Shown here: in pieces, positions 55,004 to 64,000 of the stretch | How positions within the stretch are numbered: the first letter of the stretch is position 1 | Layout of the letters: each line of letters begins with the position of its first letter | From: Coniocarpon cinnabarinum | Lineage: Eukaryota | Reading direction: 5' to 3' | Length of the DNA: 64,000 nucleotides | NCBI GenBank assembly: GCA_051942205.1 | Contig: JAVECO010000103.1 | Location: 1 to 64,000, forward strand | Translations under genes and position numbers: made by a program | The notes under the pieces: generated by a model | What the model saw: only the letters and a program-made list of their open reading frames with translations | The model's database searches: none | Told to the model about the DNA's origin: nothing

Positions 55004-55969
55004 CGAATGGAGGCAAAGATCAAACCGCAGTTAGTGCTTATAGCTCAAAGTCACTGAATTCATACAACTCTTCATCACGCACCTCATCTCGCCTCTCCGC
55101 GTCTTGTCTCGATGGCAGAAGAGCCTTGGACGAGAGCACTATAAACACAACAATGCAGCGTCCCATAAAGGTTATGAGTCTTTTGCAGCTATACTTGCAG
55201 CTTTCAGAGTCTCCTCGCTGGGGCTCCCTACCTGGACTGATTTCCATGAATCACTTTTGTGTATGACTCTTGGAGCAGGCAAGCGCTTCGATGTGAACCG
55301 AACTGAGACGCTGAGCGATACTAGCATTGTGCCTAACATGGACAGGTGCCCTCTCAAATTTGCTGGTACTAGCTGTTCAACCTAAATATGCGGCTAGTTG
55401 GAGAGAGCCTGATGACAAGCGTGTTTGCTGGGGCACAAGTCGTTTCAACCAAAGTGTAGGACTTCAGCAATAGTCATGGATAGACGTTGTTCCCTTGTAC
55501 TCTTTAATAGTAGAGCGGTAGTACGAGGAATGGAGCCTCTAAAGTAGGGAGATACCGCGTCTTAGCTATAGGCATGACGGTGCAATACCACGGCAGTATA
55601 CAGAATTATCCATGGCATTGCAGCGAGTGAATACGTCACAAATGCGTGCGGTAGCCAGTGGGAAGTCCGGGCGTGTTCAGGGGTCGACACTGGGGAAGTG
55701 AGCAGGAGCGTCAATAAGAAGTGCAATCGGCGAAACATGGAGCGCGGGCTTTGAAAAGTCCTCGTGCCGCAGCAATATTTGGCTAAGCTCATCGTGTGCA
55801 AAGGACTTTCCTGGTGCAATGGAGGGTGACAGTAGACCTCACTCTGATCTGATCGTGCTCGAACAGTGTGAAAACGAAGAAATTGCCGGGAGAAAGGCTC
55901 TTCATTAACCGGGTATTATAGCTATATGTGAGGTGCACATACACAAGCGAGCAACAAGGTTTTTCGAGA

Positions 55970-56944
55970 TTATCTGCGCATTTGAGGGGGAGCGGTACCA
56001 GTGGCTGCTGCGCTCGACGAGGAAGAGCTTCCGCTGCCTCCCTTCTGGACTGTAGCTTGGACCACTTGGCCCAGCGAATTGAAAATGATGTTGACAAGCG
56101 AGTTCAGAGGGGAGTAAGAATATGTCTTCTGCACAAGTCCATTCTGCAACGTCTGTTGCTCGCCCGTGAAAGTCATATTGGTTAGATAGTCACCGACTAT
56201 GGTGCTCACCGCGTTGCCTGCCGTCCCGGTGACTTGCTGGACAATGTTACCCAGGTTGTCAATCAAAAAACTCATTTGGTTGCCTCCAGAAGTGACAGTG
56301 CCTAGAAGGCCGTCAACCTCACCCACGACTAAGCAGATTATCAGCAAAGAGACCAAGCATGATAGGCAGCATACTCGTTGCAGACGTAGACTGCACTCCC
56401 ACTTCCGCCCTCAATAGATGGCAAGCTTACCGTCGTCAACGACATTGGTGAGATTGTTAAGGGTACTGATCAACAGCGGATTGAGATCCAACGACGAGAG
56501 CGTTCGATTGACGATATCCACCAAGTTGCCGAGGCGAACAATGAGTTCCAGTTCGGCGTCGACGTCTGCAATGGTGATGTTGACCTTGGATACCGAGACG
56601 GACACGCCGGCATTCAGTGTAACAAGGCTTGCAATTTGGGCGTTGAGATTCAGGTCGGCCTGAAGATTGTTGACGTCGAGCTCAATACGGCCAACGGAAA
56701 GTTGCGGAACGTTCAGGTAGACATCGGGTGGACTTGACGAGCCCTGGCCCGGAGCATTGTCTGTTCTTCCATCGACTGAAGATGCACCTGAGGTTGTCGT
56801 GGGCGCTGTTGTGAGAGGGACTGAGGTCGTCGCAGACGAGCCCGCCGGAGTGGGGTTGGCAACTGAGGAAGTCCCCGAAGCCGTCTGCGCGAGTGCCTGG
56901 AACGAAGCAAGAAAGATGTGCAAAAACAGAGATAAGGTCTTCAT
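55970..56944 (-). CDS. Uncharacterised secreted protein A of a divergent paralogous pair; intron 56329-56430
   Basis: Signal peptide MKTLSLFLHIFLASFQALA-Q, S/T-rich linker, domain starting PDVYLNVPQLSVGRIELDV; GTAAGC..GCTGAT..TAG intron joins ORFs 56411 and 55970 in frame. The extreme C-terminus may have one more intron. Confidence 0.88.
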
Positions 56945-57661
56945 CTTTCTCTTCCGTGCTTTACGAGCGTGATATTAAACGAGCGACTGGTGCAAGGGAA
57001 TAGCATACGAGGGAGGGGAGCATGCGATCACCGGCGTGAGGACACAGAAGAATGAACACAAGGGCGCCGAAGGGCAGAGGACGCAGGGATTGTGGATGGT
57101 TTCCTGCATAACGACAAGCTGACTGAGACTAGACAGGGCCACGCGCGCGAATGCTTGCTGTTTTGCACACAAGACGGAGACTCGGACATGACGGCGTCGC
57201 TTGAATCCATTCAAGCCAACAAGCGAGGGCAAGACGTGTATTGCCAATTTCAGGGGAAACTGGGCAGCAGGCCAAGTTTTAGGTGAGGTTGGTGTCCGGC
57301 CACCCTGTCAGGACCAGAAAGTTCCTATTCGGGAAGGGCTGGAGAGAGACGGCGAGTCACGAGACGTCCGTCACCCGCCCCTGTCACGCTCATCTCCTCT
57401 AGCTCCTCCTCACGCTCCTATGAGATTGGTCCACGCTCCACAGGCACTCCCCCTGCTGCCACTCTCCGGCCACGACGACCTAGTCTGCAAGAGCCGCCTC
57501 TGTACTACGCGGCTGATGCCCTTGCTGCAGAATCGCCGCGCCATCATGAGGTCCTGTTCTTACTTCTGCACAAGCCCTCGCATCAGCCCGTACTTCGTCC
57601 CTCATTGTGCTGCACTCTCACCTCCACGCTCTTTTGTAAGGCCCGGTGATCGAGCTACATA

Positions 57662-58711
57662 ATGTGTCTGTCGTTCTTGATTCGCCCAGTCTTTCTTGCT
57701 GTGTGGCTCGCGCTAGTCAGTGCAGTTCTTTCGCAGTCGGGCAATGGCTATGTCGGTTACTCGCTTACCGAGCGGGGTGATCCAGATTCTGGTAAGTCGG
57801 CCTCTGTGCGCCCAAGAGTTTTGACATGACAATGCTCCAATGGCGTGATGTTCGCGCGTGCTTTCCGCCCGTCCTTGCACCTATTGCGTCCATCTTGGCT
57901 GAGCACACCTACAGCGGTGTACGAGACTGAAAACACACCTGCCAATGCATCAATTAGCGACCCCGACGTATTCTTGAATGCGTCTGTCTCGGTCGGTGAA
58001 ATCGACATTGATGTGCAAGACTTGTCCGCTCAAATCAACATTCAAGCTCAGGTCCTCTCGCTGCTCAACTTCAACGCGGGTGTCAGTGCGTCAATCGACC
58101 AAGTCCACCTGACCCTGCAAAATATCACTGCCAAAGTCCTCCTGGAAGCCAGGTTACAGAACCTGGTGCTCATGATCAATGATGTGCTCGATAGCATCGA
58201 CTTGAACCCCGTCATCGCGACGCTGGGCCAAGACGTCGGCGACATAGTCAATACGACGGCCGGTGGTCTCACGGGCGGCGGGAATGCTGGGTCAGGTACC
58301 GGTGCAAATGGCTCGAACCTGACGACGCGTGGTCTTGCCGGCTCGGCTTACGACCTCGAGCACGGGATACTTTACTCCATCAACGATTATTCCGGCAACA
58401 CGCACACCAACCGCGTTCTGAAGCAAGATGGAACGCTTGTCAACGAATTCCTGGATAACGACGGACACGTAAGCAGCACACAGTTGGTTGGGACATATCT
58501 TGATCAGATGAGTTTCACAGGATACAATGCAAGCGTGACCGTTGAAGGAGCGCCGGCACGGGAGCTGGAGTATGTTTACAATCCGGCACCGGGTATCAGT
58601 GCAGTCTGCGTCATCTTCCTTGGGGATGACGGGCAGGTGCTGAAGACGGGAGTGATCAGCGAAACGAGAGCTGGTGGGTCGAGTACCATAGACGGAGACT
58701 TAAAGGTGTAG
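57662..58711 (+). CDS. Uncharacterised secreted protein B of a divergent paralogous pair; intron 57792-57914
   Basis: Exon 1 MCLSFLIRPVFLAVWLALVSAVLS-QSGNGYVGYSLTERGDPDS joined by GTAAGT..CAG to AVYETENT...PDVFLNASVSVGEIDIDV; several N-x-S/T sequons. Confidence 0.88.
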
Positions 58712-59029
58712 ATCAATGCGATTGTTAAGTGTCAATGCTCCATCTTACGTTGCTTGCCTGGCCATGCCCACGGCTTGACCCTGGCGTGTGGTCAGAACAC
58801 CGCATCTTCTGTCCAATCAGTCCCTGGTTTGCTCTTCTTGGCATGTGACGATGTTTCAGGTATAGAAGGTATCGCCGTCATTGCTGGAGCTTGAAATCCA
58901 AGATCACTCGATGCTGGCCACCCGTTGACTACAATTGCGCCTCGCTAGGACTAGGTGTAAACCCGGCAACGACTATTGGCCATAGCGTAATGTTGCTGCC
59001 TCACCTTACGGCGCTTCATAATTACAAGT

Positions 59030-59445
59030 AGGTATAAATTCGTGCACGTGTTCTTTGTATAATTATAGACGTATTTTATACCTCTAAAAACGTTAAAAGA
59101 AGCTATTTAGAAGCACTTAAATAATCGCGACTATATCTATATTCTTTAAAAAGCCTATATAGGCTATTATAGTAGGTATAAAAGCTTTATATAAAAGTTA
59201 CTATTACTAGTAATATCTTAGTAGAGTAAACTTTTAGATAGAGTAAGCTAATCTTTACTTTTATCTTACCTAGTAAATAGATTTTAATTATATTAAATTT
59301 TATTCTATTTAAAGATCTTACTTTACTAAGTATCTAAATAAAGATATAGTAATAATTATTAATTTATTAACTATCTGTTAGTAGCGAGAAGTCTAAGGAC
59401 GTCTAGGGATAGGGGTTGCCTTACTACCTTCTAGATACAGTAATT
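59030..59445. repeat. AT-rich RIP-degenerated repeat relic
   Basis: Abrupt very AT-rich island, TpA-rich and nearly devoid of CpA/TpG, stop-dense; parent family not recognisable. Confidence 0.7.
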
Positions 59446-59729
59446 ATGTCACGTAACCCACAACCACCAGATTTTCCAACAGAAAAGAAAGGCGGCGGCC
59501 GACTAGCCCCCAACGCCGTCGTCAGCCAACAGCCAAGTCCAGCCATTGACCAATCACGTGCCAGCTACAAGGAAGCGGACTCCATTGGCCATCTGCGTCA
59601 GCCATTGCGGACCCAAGTCACAAGTCAGCACTGCCATGGCGAAGCTTCTACTGCTCACGAAGCCCTGCTGCGTCTGCAGACATCTGTCCCTCACGGTAGG
59701 TGAAAGCAGCACCGCGACAAGTCTCCATC

Positions 59730-61799
59730 ATGGCCTCTCGCATGCTGCTCAAGTGCTGTTTCGCCCTCCTGCCTAGCGTCATCTCTATCGTGGCCGCGCA
59801 GACCGTCGCCAATGGCCAAGTCGTGTATACGTACCAAACGTTGACAGCGGGCTCCGTCGAGACTGCTTCAACGACGTATGCACTTTCGTCGTCAAGCGAA
59901 GCATTGACCTGCCCCTGCTCAGCTTCGGCGACGGCGACGACGTACACCGTCAACCCTGCAGACTTGGCATACCCGGTGTATCAAAATGCCTCCGCCGCAG
60001 AAGCCGACGGCAGACCAACTCCAGACACTTTGAATGCCACCGAAATTATTAATCTAGGCTTGCAACTCATTAGTCTTGGTGGGGCGTCCAACTCAACAAA
60101 TTGCCAGACATGCAAGGATGCATTGACGCAGTTTGCATCCACGCTCGCGGCCCGCCAGGAGGACCTCGCCATCATTGCGGAGCCCTTCTGTCAGACCGCA
60201 CAGGTTTTAATTCCTTTCAACATCTGTCTGGGACTTTTCCATACCGGATCCACGGATTTAGGCGGCATTTTCCCGGCTATGGACACACAAGGCGAGGACG
60301 GTCAGACGGCGTGCGCATTCATCTTCGGCCTGTGCGACTTGCCCCCACCGCCGCCTCTCGACTTAGCTACGCTATTCAAGAACACGACGAAGCCTCCGCC
60401 GAAAACGCTGACGCCCAGTGACAAAGAGCCCCTCAAGGTCCTGCACATCTCAGACTACCACCTAGACCAGCGCTTCGTCGTCGGCTCCGAAGCCAGCTGC
60501 GGTAATGGCCAAGTCTGCTGCCGCGTATTCCCATACACCAACACATCCGCGCCCATCAACGAAACCGCCAACCTCTTCGGGAACTACCTCTGCGACACGC
60601 CGGAGCCACTCGCCACCTCCGTCTTCCGCAATCTCCCCAAGGCCACTGGCCTCAACTGGTGCGACTTTTCTTTCGCGCTATTCACAGGCGACCTTGTCTC
60701 TCACGACATCTGGGAACTAACGCCTGAGTACGTCCTCGCTGAGGAATTGTCCTCATATCAACAGTTCTTCAACGGCCTCGGCGGCGTGACTGTGTATCCC
60801 ACCCTGGGTAACCACGACACCTACCCCCAAGCCTTCAACGCCTGGCCCAATCAGAATGGTGTCCTTCCTGAAAATGCATCATATCCCGTGCAATCTCAAT
60901 ATAATTACGAAGCCGTCCAAGCCGCGTGGACAAACTACGGCTGGCTCTCCGCCGAAGACGCCCAATCCGTCGTGTCCACAGGCCTCGCCATCTACCGCAC
61001 CAAAACGCCCGAAGGTCTCGTCATCATCAGTCTCAACAGCGACGCCTTCTACTATTTTAATTTCTACTCGTACATCAACATAGCCACCGTCGATAACACC
61101 GGCGTCCTTACTAATTTAATTGATTACCTCCTTGATGCTGAAAAAGCAGACGAGCCCGTCTGGATCATGCAACATGTCCCCCCCGGTGGCTCCAGCTCCT
61201 ACAACTCCCTCCCCCAGCCATCTGATCTCTTCTATCAGATCGTCGATCGCTTTAATAATACCATCCGTGGTACCTTCTTCGGCCACACGCACTCTGATGA
61301 ATTCTCAGTCTTCTACGCTAACAACGCCACGTCGCAAACGCCAGAGGATGCCGTGGCCGTCGCGTGGATCGGACCCAGTGTCACGCCTTATACGAATCTG
61401 AACGCCGGATTCCGATATTACCTCGTCGATCCTGATACCTTTTTAGTGAGAGATAGTATAAATTACATAGCTAACATCTCCAACGCGGCACTCTGGGAGA
61501 CGCAAGGCGACGTAGACTGGGAATTCGAGTACAGCGCACGCGGCACCTACGACGCAGGGAACTTACTTCCCGCGAATGCACCGCTGGATGCCGAGTTCTG
61601 GGCGGAGATTGCCTTCGGGATTGCTGTTAATGAAACCTTGTTTGAGCGATATACGGATCTACGACAGAAGCTATATAGGCCTTATGCTAATGTGACGGGG
61701 ATTGAAAGACAGCGCACCCTGTGTGGGTTGACGAGTATGAGTGTGCCTATTTTCGAAAGATGTTTGAATAGTAGTGAGGTTTTGGGGGCTTTCTTGTGA
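59730..61799 (+). CDS. Secreted acid sphingomyelinase-like metallophosphoesterase with saposin-like domain
   Basis: Signal peptide, Cys-patterned saposin-like region (CQTC..FC..IC..CAFIFGLC), Pro-rich linker, motifs LHISDYHLD, CDTP, FTGDLVSHD, LGNHD, WIMQH, FFGHTHSD, PSVTPYTNLNAGFR. Confidence 0.93.
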   Translation: MASRMLLKCCFALLPSVISIVAAQTVANGQVVYTYQTLTAGSVETASTTYALSSSSEALTCPCSASATATTYTVNPADLAYPVYQNASAAEADGRPTPDTLNATEIINLGLQLISLGGASNSTNCQTCKDALTQFASTLAARQEDLAIIAEPFCQTAQVLIPFNICLGLFHTGSTDLGGIFPAMDTQGEDGQTACAFIFGLCDLPPPPPLDLATLFKNTTKPPPKTLTPSDKEPLKVLHISDYHLDQRFVVGSEASCGNGQVCCRVFPYTNTSAPINETANLFGNYLCDTPEPLATSVFRNLPKATGLNWCDFSFALFTGDLVSHDIWELTPEYVLAEELSSYQQFFNGLGGVTVYPTLGNHDTYPQAFNAWPNQNGVLPENASYPVQSQYNYEAVQAAWTNYGWLSAEDAQSVVSTGLAIYRTKTPEGLVIISLNSDAFYYFNFYSYINIATVDNTGVLTNLIDYLLDAEKADEPVWIMQHVPPGGSSSYNSLPQPSDLFYQIVDRFNNTIRGTFFGHTHSDEFSVFYANNATSQTPEDAVAVAWIGPSVTPYTNLNAGFRYYLVDPDTFLVRDSINYIANISNAALWETQGDVDWEFEYSARGTYDAGNLLPANAPLDAEFWAEIAFGIAVNETLFERYTDLRQKLYRPYANVTGIERQRTLCGLTSMSVPIFERCLNSSEVLGAFL

Positions 61800-64000
61800 A
61801 AAGGTACGATGTGAGTATTCCGATATTGGGATGTATATAATGCTCTATTGGAAGCTTGGATGAGCGATGAACGTATATGAGATGTCTTGGTTGTCAGTCG
61901 TATCTCATGACGGAGAAAGCTCATTCATCTGTCGTTTTCTATGATGCACCGCGGTGAACAGCTCCTTGATGGAGCATACTCGCGTAGACAGAGTCGGAGG
62001 ATACTACCACGTATATTGCCATTTTCTTTATGGATGGGTGCGGGTTCTAGATCCAAGCAAACCTCACGTATCTTGTGCGTTGCCAGGAAATCCGCCCGCC
62101 ATCCGCCCGTCCTCACTGTCTCGAGAAGGAGACTGGATTTGGTGTACCGAGCAACTCGAGTAACCCATTTTTACGCAGCCTGCCAGGCAAAGCACGAGTA
62201 GTGACAATTTCAGTCCGCATGAGTCGGAGAACAATTGTCACATCTCCAGGCTAGCGATGTAGACGCCTGGTAGTCGATGAAGTGTTTTATTCCGCTGATC
62301 TCAATGAAGCGGGTTGATGAACATTGCAAGCGCAAATTCATCTGGGAACAAATCAAAAACAATCCTGCACGTCGAAATGACAGTGTGGCCATTATCACTT
62401 CGCGATTGCTTCTCATGTCTCTCAAGAAACACCCTCAGATGACTACCGACCCGAGTATTAGCACCCAAAGACATCCAAGTCATTGACAGTGAAGAACAAT
62501 AAACTTGCAGCCCTTGCTCCTTGCGTCTGGGAACTTCTCACCAGACACGTTGCCAAGGAAAACAAGGATAAAACACCACCGGTAACCGCTGCTCCAATGA
62601 CTATTCCGTTATTGGCCTCTGTTTCAATGAAGCTAGTGTCGGTGCTGGTAGCACCAGCGGGATACGAGACTTGCGAGGGCTGCCATGCCCATATGAAGCT
62701 TGTTCCAGTAGGCGTAGAGCATGTAGAGTAAGTAGGGTACGTTAAGCAATCGGCAAGCGTGGGTGTCTGTGAGTCGCGGTAGCAGGATGACCTCAGAGGT
62801 CACGGTAGTGACGCCATTGCCCGGAGTCGACATTTAAGGGTTTGAAAAAACGATTGAGAAGAGCTTAGGTCGAGAGGTGTATCAGTTAAATCTAGGGTGA
62901 GGTGCAGCGATCATAGCGTCTTCAAGTGTGCTGCGAGATGTAGTAGTGATCATGTGGTCTCCTGGATAATAGCGTGGCTCCTGTTCTGAAGATTATGGTG
63001 ACGAACTTCACAAAGACGGACCCATCGTAGTATCTTTCGTTGTGAATTTTGGTCACAATGGGTCCAGTCGAACGCATTGGATGAATCGAGCAATAGTTGA
63101 CTGCCTAGATTCTTGAGCAACTGTTACTTTATGAAATGCGCCAAGTCACATGCATCGATGTAGAGTAGAGCGTAGGCTGCATTCGTTCGCCCAACCTGTA
63201 TTGACTAGCATGCGCCAAGTGTACATGCAGCCAGGCAGTGGGTTAAATTCGCAAGTAGCGGAGTACTTGCGAACGAGTTGCCTGCACCGCGAGCAAACAC
63301 TTCGGTGAGCAACAAGATATAATCAGGTCGCAGCGGGAGGATTCTTTGATTGTTCACAAAGGCTCGCATTCAAAGGGTCTTGCTTCTGTCCTCTTTGGAA
63401 CTGGACACCGTCTAGGAATGGAAACGTAATGATAGCAAAGAAGATGGATAAATTTCTCGAGGTTCAAATCCGAAGGAAGAAACCTAAACACGGGGACCAT
63501 GATCGCAATTATGATGAGAGCAAGCTAGGAAAAGCAGAAAATGGGTTCTCAGACTCTTGATATCTCTTACGAAACGCGTTATCCCTACAAAATTACTCGT
63601 CTGACTTGGCCGGCAGTACTCTTTGATTGGGCATTAATCACTCTAAAATGCACATTCGGTGATGATCGTTAGACGGGGCGCAGCTGAGATTCAGGAGTCG
63701 TTGAAGGCCGGTCTCATCGGAAGCGGCAGTGCATTTTACTTGCGGTCTTCATTTTGTCGTTGCCTGAGAATTGAGGCATAAATATCCCACCAGCAATCTT
63801 CACAAAGTGTATCTGTTACTGCAACACAATTGCATCCCAATTACGTTCGAGGAGGCTAGCACAAGATGACAATGCCCTCAAAGCGCGCAGCAAACTCCCC
63901 CTCAGCTTCTTCCAACAAACGCCAGCGCGTTTCCAATGGCGTCGAGCAACCAAGAGTGAATCGGGCCTTTGGCCAGACCGGCGCATTTCCCGGCCTCGAC

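Overview
Gene-dense eukaryotic DNA from a filamentous ascomycete (Pezizomycotina-type short GT-AG introns with CTRAY branch sites, RIP-like AT islands). I could reconstruct about 20 protein-coding genes by hand, most of them spliced and so fragmented in the ORF track: ARG5,6, synaptobrevin SNC, POP1, a TRI12-family MFS pump, a ~1,800-aa uncharacterised protein, an FAD-dependent amino-acid oxidase, RAD9/Crb2, an ICln/Lot5-like protein, EGD2, ATP7, a hot-dog thioesterase, a NAP-family chaperone, glutaminase GtaA, a class II glutamine amidotransferase, TIM22, a GPR1/FUN34/YaaH transporter and a secreted acid-sphingomyelinase-like enzyme. Most notable: (1) a head-to-head pair of uncharacterised, paralogous secreted proteins sharing two unnamed domains (55.97-58.71 kb), a candidate two-subunit extracellular system; (2) a 639-bp non-autonomous TIR element with 155-bp TIRs and an unusual 12-bp target-site duplication in the TIM22 promoter; (3) a 20-bp stem hairpin in an enlarged ARG5,6 intron; (4) an in-frame TAG inside a Trp-rich frame; (5) an apparent non-canonical GC-AG intron. 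No rRNA, tRNA or CRISPR was recognised. All family assignments come from motif recognition by eye; no searches were run.
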